From NCBI GenBank assembly GCA_036265695.1, contig DATAOO010000377.1, forward strand, positions 11,716 through 75,715: 64,000 bases of DNA, given 5' to 3'. The stretch comes from Pseudonocardia sp. Lineage in GTDB: Bacteria > Actinomycetota > Actinomycetes > Mycobacteriales > Pseudonocardiaceae. Positions 1 through 12,698 of the stretch are shown one piece after another. Under the pieces are notes generated by a model that was not told the DNA's origin, did no database searches, and saw only the letters and a list, made by a program, of their open reading frames with translations. How positions within the stretch are numbered: position 1 is the stretch's first letter; each line of letters opens with the position of its first letter. Made by a program: the position numbers and the translations under genes.

Positions 1-1
1 G

Positions 2-523
2 GACACCGCCGAGCTGGCGTTCACCGACGTGCGGGTGCCCGTCGAGAACCTGCTCGGCGACGAGGAGGGCCGCGGCTTCAAGCAGCTCGTCCTCAACCTG
101 CCCCGCGAGCGGCTGTCGATCGCCCTCGGCGCGGTGGCCGCCGCCCGCATGGCGCTGGAGTGGACGCTCGCCTACGTGAAGGAGCGCAAGGCGTTCGGGA
201 AGCCCATCGGGTCGTTCCAGAACTCCCGCTTCGTGCTGGCCGAGCTGGCCACCGAGGTCGACATCGCCCAGCGCTTCGTCGACGACTGCGTGCGCGCGTT
301 CAACGTAGGCGAGCTCACGGCCGTGGACGCGGCCAAGGCCAAGTGGTGGTGCACCGAGCTGCAGGGCCGCGCGGTGGATCGCTGCCTGCAGCTGCACGGC
401 GGGTACGGCTACATGAACGAGTACCCGATCGCCCGCGCCTTCGCCGACGCTCGCATCACCCGCATCTACGGCGGTGCCACCGAGATCATGAAGGAGGTCA
501 TCGGCCGCGACCTGGGCCTGTGA
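2..523 (+). CDS. acyl-CoA dehydrogenase, 5'-truncated by window edge
   Basis: DTAELAFTDVRVP, KERKAFGKPIGSFQ, QLHGGYGYMNEY and RIYGGATEIMK are ACAD C-terminal motifs; frame is open from base 2. Confidence 0.93.
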   Translation, partial: DTAELAFTDVRVPVENLLGDEEGRGFKQLVLNLPRERLSIALGAVAAARMALEWTLAYVKERKAFGKPIGSFQNSRFVLAELATEVDIAQRFVDDCVRAFNVGELTAVDAAKAKWWCTELQGRAVDRCLQLHGGYGYMNEYPIARAFADARITRIYGGATEIMKEVIGRDLGL

Positions 524-575
524 CCGCGGGCGCCACCCCTCCGTTATGCCCGAATTCGCGGCCGTCCGCAGCGGG

Positions 576-3802
<3,227 letters not shown>

Positions 3803-3806
<4 letters not shown>

Positions 3807-4579
3807 GACGGGGTCGCTCCTCCGAGGGTCGGACGGGTGGGGTCGGGAGTGCGGTGGGGGAGCGATCGGGGGGTGGCGGCGTACCGCAGCAGGAAGACCG
3901 AGACCAGCACGACCCAGGCCGGGAACACCAGGAACGCGACGGGGGTGTTGGTCACCGCGAGCAGCAGGAACGCGGCGAGCAGGTAGGCGATCACCGCGGC
4001 GGCGGTGGGGAGCACCTTGGCGGCGCGTAGGAGGGTGGTGGTGGTGAGGGCGAACATGCCCGCCCCGCGTACGGCGAAGATGAACACCAGCCCGTAGCCG
4101 AGGGCGGTGAGCCCCCGCGCGAGCGCGGGGTCCTCGGCCGGGGTATGTCCGAAGTAGACGCCGAACGCGACCGCGCCGACCGCGGCGGTGCCCGCGAACA
4201 GCAGTACCACGAAGATGACCCCGGCCAGCAGGTTGAGGCCGTGCGCCATCGTCGACGGCGCCGGGGTGAGGGTGTCGAGCGCGTTGCGGACCGCGGTCAT
4301 GTGCCACAGGAACGCGATGCCCGCGAAGGGCACGAGGTAGAGCCCGATGGCGACGAAGAGCTGGTCGCCGCCGCCTGCGTAGAACGCCGCGTAAGTCGCG
4401 TCGGGGTCGGCGAGCTTCGGCGCCCGGTGCAACAACACCAGCGCGACCACGAACAGCACCGCGAAGACGAGCCCGCTGATCGCCGCGATGCGGGCCGCCG
4501 CCGCGCTCGCCGCGGTGTGCTCCGGGCCGTTCGCCGGGCCGTTCTCAGGGCCGTCCCCCGGGGCGGTCACGGGGTCCAC
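3803..4579 (-). CDS. multi-pass membrane protein of unknown function
   Basis: about 6 hydrophobic segments; stop coupled to the P450 start. Confidence 0.8.
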
Positions 4580-4746
4580 CTCGACGGCCCGGCGACGCGG
4601 GCGGGATCGGCGGGCGGCTCGAGCTCCTCGAGGATCCGCAGCAGGTCGAGGGTGCCGGTGAACCGTTGGGTGCTACCGGACTCGGTGGTCACGATGCCCT
4701 CCAGGCGCCCGTCGGCGGTGCGGAGGAGCTCGACCGTCAGGTGCAC
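4567..4746 (-). CDS. small hypothetical protein (59 aa, VHLTVELLRTADGRLEG...)
   Basis: GTG preceded by GAGGGGAGG RBS; GC3-rich codons; overlaps the start of the membrane protein gene. Confidence 0.6.
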   Translation of the reverse strand: MHLTVELLRTADGRLEGIVTTESGSTQRFTGTLDLLRILEELEPPADPARVAGPSRWTP

Positions 4747-4869
4747 AGCGCCTCCCCTCAGACGCTCCTCACACTGGCAGGGCGATCGCCGTCCCGATAT
4801 GACAGGACCTTCCAGTCGACCTTCCAGTTGCCTGCTAACGGCGGGTGTCCCCCGACCGAGATCAACGTC

Positions 4870-5121
4870 GTGGACGCGAGCGCGCTGGGCTTCGCCCATC
4901 TCGGCAAGACCATCTCGGTGTCCGGCTCGGTGATCGCCTCGGGCCCGGCCCAGACGTGGTCGGTGCGCGGCATCCTCGTCGCCGTGACGCACCAGAACCC
5001 GATCCTCAGCGGGGGCCAGGGCTTCCTCACGATCCTGACCGTCGCGCTGAGCTGGGCGGACAACAACCTCTCGAACCTCGTGATCAGCCCGAGCGCCGAA
5101 GTGACGATCGACGACAACTGA
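4870..5121 (+). CDS. small hypothetical protein (start uncertain)
   Basis: 3' part of ORF 4666..5121 has strongly GC3-biased, coding-like codons. Confidence 0.5.
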   Translation: MDASALGFAHLGKTISVSGSVIASGPAQTWSVRGILVAVTHQNPILSGGQGFLTILTVALSWADNNLSNLVISPSAEVTIDDN

Positions 5122-5225
5122 GGTCGCTCTCAGCGTGTGCCATACCACACGGTTAATGAGCGGCGACTCGCACAAGGACGCGAGTAGCGTCGATTTCGTG
5201 CTCCTCGGGGGAGGAGACACGAACG

Positions 5226-5822
5226 GTGAACGACGCCGGGGATCCGGGGGGATCCGACGCCTGGCGTTGTGAAATTTTGGGGGGACAAGTGAATCTACAG
5301 TTGGCGACGGCTGTGCGGGGCGATCCCGCCGACAACGTCACCGAAAGTGTGATCGCCGCGCCGGTCGTGCCGGTCTTCGTGGATGCCTCGGGGCGGCGCC
5401 GCAAGCTCATGACCGGCGTCGGCTGGCTGGTCGCGCTCGCGTGCGTGACTTACCTCGCCGTCATCGGCGTGAGCTTGAGCGGCACCTCGGTCGGGCCGCT
5501 GCCCGAGCTGCCGAGCGTCGCGTCGCGGACGGTCGTGTTCGGTTCGGACGTGGCGGACCTGCCGCAGGGCGCGCTCGAGGCCGCCCCGCTGCCCGCACCC
5601 GCCGCGCCTGCGGCACCGGCCGCGGCCGTACCGAACTTCGGCAACGCCGCCAAGGTCGCCGCCGCGCGCGGCACCGCGGCCCCGGTGGCGCCCAAGATCG
5701 CGCCCAAGACGGCACAGAAGACGGCACCGAAGGTCGTGTCGTCGGCGAAGTCGCGGCCCGGCGCCGCGCTCTCCACCGATCGGACGCCCACGTCCGCGCG
5801 CACGGGAGGCGCTTCGCGATGA
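5226..5822 (+). CDS. membrane-anchored Pro/Ala/Lys-rich protein (true start may be near 5348)
   Basis: PVFVDASGRRR followed by one TM helix and a low-complexity tail; ATGA-coupled to the deacetylase-GT2 gene. Confidence 0.65.
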   Translation: MNDAGDPGGSDAWRCEILGGQVNLQLATAVRGDPADNVTESVIAAPVVPVFVDASGRRRKLMTGVGWLVALACVTYLAVIGVSLSGTSVGPLPELPSVASRTVVFGSDVADLPQGALEAAPLPAPAAPAAPAAAVPNFGNAAKVAAARGTAAPVAPKIAPKTAQKTAPKVVSSAKSRPGAALSTDRTPTSARTGGASR

Positions 5823-7996
5823 CCCTGCGGCTGGTGCGGCACGACCACGCCGCCGCCAGCGCCCACCACCGTCGTCGAGTTCGCCCGAAGTTCCTGCTGA
5901 TCGGTCTGGTCGTCGCCATGTTCTGCAGCGTTCTGCTGCTGAACGGGCTGGTCCGCTCGCAGATCGGGATCGACGCACGCGGCGCTGGCCTGGACGGCGA
6001 CGACTCCGCGGTGCCCGCTTCGGTGGCCTCGGGCGGGCCGGTGATCGACTTGACCCACGGCCGCACGCAGAGCATCGCCCTGCCGTCGCGCACGGTGGCG
6101 TTGACCTTCGACGACGGCCCGGATCCGACGTGGACACCGCAGATCCTCGCGGTGCTCGCGAAGTACCACGTTCCCGGCACGTTCTTCGTCGTCGGGTCGT
6201 CGGTGGCCCGCGACCCGGACCTGGTGCGCCAGATCCGGGCGCAGGGCTCGGAGATCGGCATCCACACCTTCACCCACCCGGACCTGGCCGAGGTGTCGAC
6301 GGACCGCGTCGACCGGGAGATGACCGAGACGCAGTACGCGTTGGCGGGCGCCACCGGCGAGCTGTCGTACCTCGTGCGACCGCCGTACTCCTCGGAGCCC
6401 GACGCGCTGGACGACCTCCGGTTCGACGTGATCTCCCGGCTGGGCCAGCAGGGGTACGTGACCGCGCTGGTGGACGTCGACACCGAGGACTGGCAGCAGC
6501 CCGGCGTCAACGCGATCGCGCACAACGCGGTGCCCGAAGACGGCCACGGCGCCGTGGTGCTCCTGCACGACGCGGGCGGTGACCGCAGCGAAACCGTGGC
6601 GGCGCTCGACAAGCTGATCCCCCAGATGCAGGCCGACGGGTACACGTTCACCACCGTCAGCGCGGGGGCGGGCCTGCCGCCCGCCAACTTCCCGGCCGGT
6701 CCGGTGGACCTCACGCTCGGGCGGATCATGCTGGTCGCGGTGGCCATCGCGAACCACATGGTGAGCGCGCTGGAGTGGAGCCTGCTGCTCGTCGGCGGGC
6801 TGGTGGTGCTGCGGACGCTGCTCGTGATGGGGGTCGCGCTGCGGCACGGCAGGCGCGTGCGGCGGGCCCGGCGCGCCGCATCGCAGACGAGCCCGCTGCG
6901 AAAACCGCCGTCGGGCCCGGTCACCGTGGTGGTGCCCGCCTACAACGAGCGGGAGACCATCGAGTCGACCGTGCGCTCGGTCGCCGCCTCGACCCACCCG
7001 GTCGACATCGTCGTCGTCGACGACGGGTCGACCGACGGCACCGCCGACCTCGTCGACGCCCTCGCACTGCCGAACGTGCGGGTGATCCGCCAGACCAACG
7101 CGGGCAAGGCGGCCGCGCTCAACGCGGGCATCGCCGCGGTCCGACACGACATCGTGGTGCTGATCGACGGTGACACCGTGTTCGAGCCGGGCACGGTGGG
7201 CGCGCTCGTCGCGCCGTTCGCCGACCCCACCGTCGGCGCGGTGGCGGGCAACGCGCGGGTCGCGAACCGCAAGGGTCTGCTCGCGCGGCTGCAGAACATC
7301 GAGTACGTCGTCGGGTTCAACATCGACCGGCGCGTGCAGGACATGTGGGGCGTCGTCACGACCGTCCCCGGTGCGGTCGGCGCCTACCGCACCCGTGCGC
7401 TGCGCGCCGTCGGCGGTATCAGCGCCGACACCCTCGCCGAGGACACCGACCTGGCGATCACGTTGGGCCGCGCGGGGTGGCGGGTGGTGTACGAACCCAC
7501 CGCGCGCGCGTGGACCGAGGCGCCCGCGACGCTCGGGCAGCTGTGGCGGCAGCGCTACCGTTGGAGCTACGGGATCATGCAGTCGCTGTGGAAGCACCGG
7601 CACGCCGTGGTCGAAGGCGGGGCGTCCGGGCACATCGGGCGGGTCGGGCTCGGCCTCACCGCGCTGTTCCAGATCATCTTGCCGCTGTTGGCCCCGATGG
7701 TCGACATCTACCTGGTCTACGGGCTGATCTTCCTCGACCCGGTCGTCACGGCGATCACCTGGGGCGGCGTGCTGTTCGTGCAGCTGTTGCTCGGTGCGGT
7801 CGCGTTCCGGCTGGAGGGCGAGCGGATCCGGTCGTTGTGGCTCCTGCCCGCGCAGCAACTGGTGTACCGGCAGCTCATGTACGCGGTGCTGATCCAGTCC
7901 ATCGCGACCGCGGCCGCGGGGGTCGCACTGCGCTGGCAGAAGATCCCCCGCATCGGCGACTTCAGCGGCGTGCCGACGACGAAGACCGCGTCATGA
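5819..7996 (+). CDS. bifunctional polysaccharide deacetylase (NodB/CE4) + GT2 (PgaC/IcaA-like) glycosyltransferase
   Basis: LTFDDGP, HTFTHPDL, RPPY, LLHDAGG; VPAYNE, DDGSTD, DGD, AEDTD, QRYRW; C-terminal TM helices. Confidence 0.92.
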   Translation: MTLRLVRHDHAAASAHHRRRVRPKFLLIGLVVAMFCSVLLLNGLVRSQIGIDARGAGLDGDDSAVPASVASGGPVIDLTHGRTQSIALPSRTVALTFDDGPDPTWTPQILAVLAKYHVPGTFFVVGSSVARDPDLVRQIRAQGSEIGIHTFTHPDLAEVSTDRVDREMTETQYALAGATGELSYLVRPPYSSEPDALDDLRFDVISRLGQQGYVTALVDVDTEDWQQPGVNAIAHNAVPEDGHGAVVLLHDAGGDRSETVAALDKLIPQMQADGYTFTTVSAGAGLPPANFPAGPVDLTLGRIMLVAVAIANHMVSALEWSLLLVGGLVVLRTLLVMGVALRHGRRVRRARRAASQTSPLRKPPSGPVTVVVPAYNERETIESTVRSVAASTHPVDIVVVDDGSTDGTADLVDALALPNVRVIRQTNAGKAAALNAGIAAVRHDIVVLIDGDTVFEPGTVGALVAPFADPTVGAVAGNARVANRKGLLARLQNIEYVVGFNIDRRVQDMWGVVTTVPGAVGAYRTRALRAVGGISADTLAEDTDLAITLGRAGWRVVYEPTARAWTEAPATLGQLWRQRYRWSYGIMQSLWKHRHAVVEGGASGHIGRVGLGLTALFQIILPLLAPMVDIYLVYGLIFLDPVVTAITWGGVLFVQLLLGAVAFRLEGERIRSLWLLPAQQLVYRQLMYAVLIQSIATAAAGVALRWQKIPRIGDFSGVPTTKTAS

Positions 7997-8562
7997 TGAA
8001 GGCGCGCAACGCCTTCGCGGCCGTCGTCGGGCTCCTGGTGATCGGGCTCGCGGCGTGCGCGGGCCCGACACCGGCGGAGGCGGCACCGCTGCCGGTGCCC
8101 GCGCCCGCGGTCGCGCCGACCGCCCCGGCGCCGCAGGCGATCCGGCAACAGGTCGAGGTGACGTTCTACGCCGCCGCCGACAACGACCCGGCGGGCAGCG
8201 CCGAGATCGCCTACCCGAACTCGCGGCACACCTCGGCGGGCGGCACCGGCACCTACGCCGACCCGCTGTCGCTCGCCACCGACCCCCGCGAGATCCGCCC
8301 CGGCGTGATCGTCTACTACCCGACGATCCAGAAGTACTTCGTGATGGAAGACGACTGCGCCGAGTGCATCGACGACTGGTCCGCCGACCGGAAGCCGCAC
8401 GTCGACCTCTGGATGTCCACGACCGCCGATCCCGCCGTGCAGAACTGCGAGGCCGCGCTCACGCCCGACGGCCTGGACACGATCATCGTCAACCCGCCCG
8501 CCGACCTGCCCGTCGACCCCAAGCCGCTCTACGCGGGCGGGAGGTGTTGGCCCAACACGTGA
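7993..8562 (+). CDS. secreted lipoprotein, possible 3D/double-psi-barrel-like domain
   Basis: lipobox LAAC; VTFY..., YFVMEDDCAEC, HVDLW; ATGA-coupled to the GT2 gene. Confidence 0.7.
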   Translation: MMKARNAFAAVVGLLVIGLAACAGPTPAEAAPLPVPAPAVAPTAPAPQAIRQQVEVTFYAAADNDPAGSAEIAYPNSRHTSAGGTGTYADPLSLATDPREIRPGVIVYYPTIQKYFVMEDDCAECIDDWSADRKPHVDLWMSTTADPAVQNCEAALTPDGLDTIIVNPPADLPVDPKPLYAGGRCWPNT

Positions 8563-8587
8563 GGTTGGCCCGTCGCGGCCCGGGTAC
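8563..8587 (+). promoter_or_regulatory. SigB/SigF-like promoter upstream of fdhA
   Basis: GGTTG-N14-GGGTAC. Confidence 0.55.
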
Positions 8588-8624
8588 GCCGAGTATTCCG
8601 ATCCAACGACGAGGAGGAGTGCCC

Positions 8625-9842
8625 GTGGGTGGCAACAAGATCGTGGTCTACAAGGAGCCGGGTGTCGTGGCGGTGGAGGACCACGACGCGCCGAAGCTCG
8701 AGGTACCCGCGGAGGTCGCCGACGCGATGGGGATGAGCCGCAAGGCCGACCACGGGGTGATCCTCCGCAACGTCTCCACCAACATCTGCGGCTCCGACCA
8801 GCACATGGTGCGCGGGCGCACCACGGCGCCACCCGGGCAGACGCTCGGCCACGAGATCACCGGGGAGATCGTCGAGAAGGGGAGCGACGTCCAGTTCCTC
8901 GAGGTCGGCGACATCTGCTCGGTGCCGTTCAACATCGCCTGCGGCCGCTGCCGCAACTGCCGCGAGGGGCAGACCGGCATCTGCACGAACGTCAACCCCG
9001 CACGGGCGGGATCGGCGTACGGCTACGTGGACATGGGCGGCTGGGCAGGCGGCCAGGCCGAGTACGTGATGGTGCCCTTCGCGGACTTCAACCTGCTCAA
9101 GTTCCCCGACCGCGACCAGGCCCTGGAGAAGATCCTGGACCTGACGATGCTGTCCGACATCTTCCCGACCGGCTACCACGGCGCCTACACCGCGGGCGTC
9201 ACCACCGGATCCACGGTGTACGTGGCCGGGGCGGGGCCGGTGGGGCTCGCCGCGGCGTACTCGTCGTTGCTGCTCGGCGCGGCGGTGGTCATCGTCGGCG
9301 ACCTCAACGCCGACCGGCTGGCGCAGGCCCGCTCGTTCGGCTGCGAGACCGTCGACATCTCGCAGGACGCGACGCTCGAAGACCAGATCGCGCAGATCCT
9401 GGGCAACAACGAGGTCGACTGCGCCGTGGACGCCGTCGGGTTCGAGGCGACCGGGCACGGCAAGGACGGCGGCGAGGCGCCTGCCGCGGTCCTCAACTCG
9501 ATCATGTCGTTGACCCGCGCAGGCGGCAAGCTCGGCATCCCGGGCCTCTACGTCACGGGCGACCCGGGCGCCGCCGACGCCGACGCGCAGGAAGGCACCC
9601 TCAAGGTCCGGCTCGGGTTGGGGTGGGCCAAGAGCCACTCGTTCGCCACCGGCCAGTGCCCGGTGCTGAAGTACAACCGCGGGCTGATGATGAGCATCCT
9701 GCACGACAAGGCGCACATCGCCGACGCGGTGAACGCCACCGTGATCAGCCTCGACGACGCGCCGCGCGGCTACCAGGAGTTCGACCGGGGTGCGGCGAAG
9801 AAGTACGTCATCAACCCGAACGGGCTGATCCCGGCCGCCTGA
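8625..9842 (+). CDS. fdhA: glutathione-independent formaldehyde dehydrogenase
   Basis: STNICGSDQHMVRGRT, GHEITGE, CGRCRNC, LSDIFPTG, GLGWAKSHSF; GAGGAGG RBS before GTG 8625. Confidence 0.9.
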   Translation: MGGNKIVVYKEPGVVAVEDHDAPKLEVPAEVADAMGMSRKADHGVILRNVSTNICGSDQHMVRGRTTAPPGQTLGHEITGEIVEKGSDVQFLEVGDICSVPFNIACGRCRNCREGQTGICTNVNPARAGSAYGYVDMGGWAGGQAEYVMVPFADFNLLKFPDRDQALEKILDLTMLSDIFPTGYHGAYTAGVTTGSTVYVAGAGPVGLAAAYSSLLLGAAVVIVGDLNADRLAQARSFGCETVDISQDATLEDQIAQILGNNEVDCAVDAVGFEATGHGKDGGEAPAAVLNSIMSLTRAGGKLGIPGLYVTGDPGAADADAQEGTLKVRLGLGWAKSHSFATGQCPVLKYNRGLMMSILHDKAHIADAVNATVISLDDAPRGYQEFDRGAAKKYVINPNGLIPAA

Positions 9843-9849
9843 TCCGGGG

Positions 9850-10110
9850 CTACGCCACGAGCAGCGCGGTGCCCAGTGCCTCGCGGCCCGCGGGCGTGAT
9901 CGCGGCGGCGACGCGCTCGCCGACCAGGCCCAGTGTGGCGGCGGCGATCAGGCCGGCGCGGACGAGCAGGTGCGCGGCGGCCTGGTCGCAGCAGCAGCGG
10001 CCGTCGAAGAACAGGTCGGGCTCGGTGCCCAGCTGCAGCTCCGCGCCGCCCGCCGCCACGGCACGCAGGATCGCCCGGTCGCGTCCGCTGAGGGTGCTCG
10101 TGGTGGTCAT
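9850..10110 (-). CDS. small hypothetical protein with EPDLFFDGRCCCDQ motif
   Basis: ATG with GGAG RBS; 86 aa; Cys cluster. Confidence 0.7.
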   Translation of the reverse strand: MTTTSTLSGRDRAILRAVAAGGAELQLGTEPDLFFDGRCCCDQAAAHLLVRAGLIAAATLGLVGERVAAAITPAGREALGTALLVA

Positions 10111-10245
10111 GGCGTTCTCCGGAGGTCGAGGGGGTCTGTGGTCTGCGTTACATCCAGTCTGTAGACCACAGCCCCTCCCCGGACTCATCGGCGCGACGAG
10201 GAACGTGTTCGGGGCGTGCAGGAAACCCTGACCGTCGGGTAAGGA

Positions 10246-10860
10246 CTACGTGGCCGCGGCCTGCCGTCCGGCGCCGAAGTACGCGGCGACCGCCTCGGCG
10301 TCGGGCAGCTGGTCGGCATCGCAGAGCGAGCCGAAGCCCGCGTTCCAGAACGGCCCCTCCCGCTGCGTCCACGGCCCGACGTACGCGTAGGGCGTGGCGT
10401 GGCCGCCGTCGCCCGGGGAGATGCCGTAGTTGACCTCGTCGACCGCGATCCCGAGGTCGAAGTGCTCCGGCCACAGCACCGGCTCCTCGTCGGGCGCGAA
10501 CGCCCGCAGCCCGGCGTCACCGCGGGCGAACCAGTCGACGAGCTCGGCCGCCGCGTCCGGGTCGACGGCGAGCGCCGCGCCCTCGGCGTGGTCGGCGTGG
10601 TCGGAGTAGATCGACGGCACGCCCGCCTCGATCCCCGCCGCCTTGCCGACGTCGGCGATCGTGCCGGTGAGCGGCACCCGCACGTCGGGGCCGACCAGCT
10701 CGCCGCCTTCGACCCGCCAGGGCCCTGCGACCTGCCCGAAGCCGCCCGGCGTGATCCGCAGCCGGATGGTGCCCTGCGCGCGGTGCTGGGGGCCCGCGAG
10801 CAGTTGCTCGGCGACCGCGTGCAGCGACCTGCGGGTCGCGCTCAACACCTGCTCGTCCAC
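10246..10860 (-). CDS. hypothetical protein (DUF5996-like WPEHFD motif)
   Basis: TRRSLHAVAEQLLAGPQ, LWPEHFDLG, PYAYVGPW; GAGGAGG RBS. Confidence 0.7.
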   Translation of the reverse strand: MDEQVLSATRRSLHAVAEQLLAGPQHRAQGTIRLRITPGGFGQVAGPWRVEGGELVGPDVRVPLTGTIADVGKAAGIEAGVPSIYSDHADHAEGAALAVDPDAAAELVDWFARGDAGLRAFAPDEEPVLWPEHFDLGIAVDEVNYGISPGDGGHATPYAYVGPWTQREGPFWNAGFGSLCDADQLPDAEAVAAYFGAGRQAAAT

Positions 10861-10971
10861 GTGTCCTCCTCGTGCATCCGTCTGTGATCGCCCTGCGCCA
10901 TTCTTGCGAGCAGGACAAGGCCGCCGTCGATCAGGGCGCCTCGGTTGCAGTGGCGTGGCGAGCTGCGGGCG

Positions 10972-11607
10972 TTACGGTCGCGGCAGGCCGCCGGTGGCGA
11001 CGAGCGCGCCGCCCGCGTCGCTGACCCGGATCGTGGCGACGTCGCCCGCGGGCCTGCTGATTCCCCACCAGCCGGTGCCGCCCGTCGCGTCGTAGGTCTC
11101 GGTCGCGGCCACCGAGCCGTCGGTGCGCAACAGCTCGCACGTCAACCGCCCGGGCCGGGGGACGTCCAGGTACACCGACAGGAAGTTCGGCCGCTCGCGG
11201 CTCACGATGATGTCGCCCACGTGCTGGGCCCCGTCCACCAGCGGGCTGGCCACCGCAGGCGGCCTGCCCGCGGACCCCGCTGCCCAACCGCCGCCGAACG
11301 CCGCGAGGACCACCGCCGCGGCCGCCGCGGCGCGGAGCCACCGGGCCGTCGCCACCGGCCGTCGCCTGCTCACGCCGAGCCGGTCCAGCACCCGCTGCTC
11401 GAAGCCGACGGGCGGCTCGGCGGCCGGGATGAGCGCCCGGAGCCGGTCGTGCACCGCGCCGAGCGCCGCCACGTGCCTGCTGCACGCGGGGCAGTCCTGG
11501 AGGTGGGCGAGCGCGGCGGCGCGCTCGTGGCCCGCCACCAGGCCGAGCGCGATCTCGGGAGCCAGCTCCCGGAACCGTTCGCACCCGGCGGAGTCCGACG
11601 CCGTCAT
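10972..11607 (-). CDS. zinc-binding (ZAS/zf-HC2) anti-sigma factor
   Basis: HLQDCPAC motif, single TM, coupled to the ECF sigma gene. Confidence 0.85.
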   Translation of the reverse strand: MTASDSAGCERFRELAPEIALGLVAGHERAAALAHLQDCPACSRHVAALGAVHDRLRALIPAAEPPVGFEQRVLDRLGVSRRRPVATARWLRAAAAAAVVLAAFGGGWAAGSAGRPPAVASPLVDGAQHVGDIIVSRERPNFLSVYLDVPRPGRLTCELLRTDGSVAATETYDATGGTGWWGISRPAGDVATIRVSDAGGALVATGGLPRP

Positions 11608-12146
11608 GGCCGGTCCTCCTGTTCCTCGAGCGCCGCGGCCAGCCGCAGCATCGCCGCCCGGATCCGTGTCTTCGCGGTGCCCAGCGGGATCCCTTCGCTC
11701 TCGGCGACCTCGCGGGCCGTCAAGCCCCGGAACGCGGCGAGCACCAGCGCCCGGCCCTGCTCGACGGGCAGCGCCCGGATGGCCGCGCGCAGCTCGCCTG
11801 CGGACTCCGCCGCGATGGCCGAGTGCTCCGGGGTCTCACCTGTCAGCACGTCCTGCAGCTCCAGCGGGTCGACCGGGATCGCCCGGCGCGCGCGGGCCGC
11901 GTCCACCGCGAGGTTGTGGGTGATCGCGGTCAACCAGGTGCCCACCGCGCCGCGTCGCGGGTCGAAGAGGGCCGCGTGCCGCCACGCCCGCTCGAACGCC
12001 TGCTGCGCCACGTCTTCGGCCAGGGCCGGGTCGCCGAGCACGATCAGCGCGACGCCGAAGACCCGTGCCTGGAAACGGCGCACGAACGCCAGCGACAGCT
12101 CGGCGTCCCCCGCCGTGAGGCCCGCGAGCAGCAGGTCGTCGGACAT
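11604..12146 (-). CDS. ECF RNA polymerase sigma factor (SigK-like)
   Basis: AEDVAQQAFERAW, WLTAITHNLAVD, EVAESEGIPLGTAKTRIRAA; start approximate. Confidence 0.9.
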   Translation of the reverse strand: MSDDLLLAGLTAGDAELSLAFVRRFQARVFGVALIVLGDPALAEDVAQQAFERAWRHAALFDPRRGAVGTWLTAITHNLAVDAARARRAIPVDPLELQDVLTGETPEHSAIAAESAGELRAAIRALPVEQGRALVLAAFRGLTAREVAESEGIPLGTAKTRIRAAMLRLAAALEEQEDRP

Positions 12147-12187
12147 CCGATCGACCTGCCGCCCACGCACCCGACCCCCCGGACGAC

Positions 12188-12592
12188 TCAGACCTGCGGT
12201 CGCGCGTACGACCACGCCATGACGACCACCGAGCCCACCAACAGCAGCATGGCGAGCGGCACGTGCACCGACAGCAACCCGAACTCGCCGAACGCGGCCT
12301 GCGCGAAGCTCACGACGAAGACGGCAACGGCGATCCCGGTCGGCCACCACGACACCCGGCGGCGCCGCGCGAGCAGGAAGGCGGCCAGCGCCGTGAGCCC
12401 GGTGCAGATGTGCACCGCGAACGCGCCCCCGAAGTGCAGCGTCTCGGCGATGCGGCTGCGGGACAGGATCTCGCCCGCCGTCACCCCCTGCAGCACGATG
12501 ACGACCACGGCTGCCGTCGCGGCGACGCGCAACGCCCGCAGCGCGCCGGGGCGGTCGGTGTCGGTGGCGGCGTGGGCGGGCGAGCGGGTCAC
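12188..12592 (-). CDS. small 4-TM membrane protein with His residues
   Basis: GAGGAGG RBS before GTG 12592; hydrophobic helices; LHFGG and VHVPL. Confidence 0.7.
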   Translation of the reverse strand: MTRSPAHAATDTDRPGALRALRVAATAAVVVIVLQGVTAGEILSRSRIAETLHFGGAFAVHICTGLTALAAFLLARRRRVSWWPTGIAVAVFVVSFAQAAFGEFGLLSVHVPLAMLLLVGSVVVMAWSYARPQV

Positions 12593-12630
12593 CGGGCCTC
12601 CTCGATGGTCGGACACTGGTGGTACGACGG

Positions 12631-12660
12631 ATCGCCGGTCGGAGATTTCCGACCGGCGAT
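12631..12660. terminator. 13-bp perfect hairpin, probable terminator of the transketolase operon (or operator)
   Basis: ATCGCCGGTCGGA-gatt-TCCGACCGGCGAT, 39 nt beyond the SDR stop. Confidence 0.55.
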
Positions 12661-12698
12661 ACCGTGACCTGTTCGTAATACGCGCGTCAGTGCCGACG

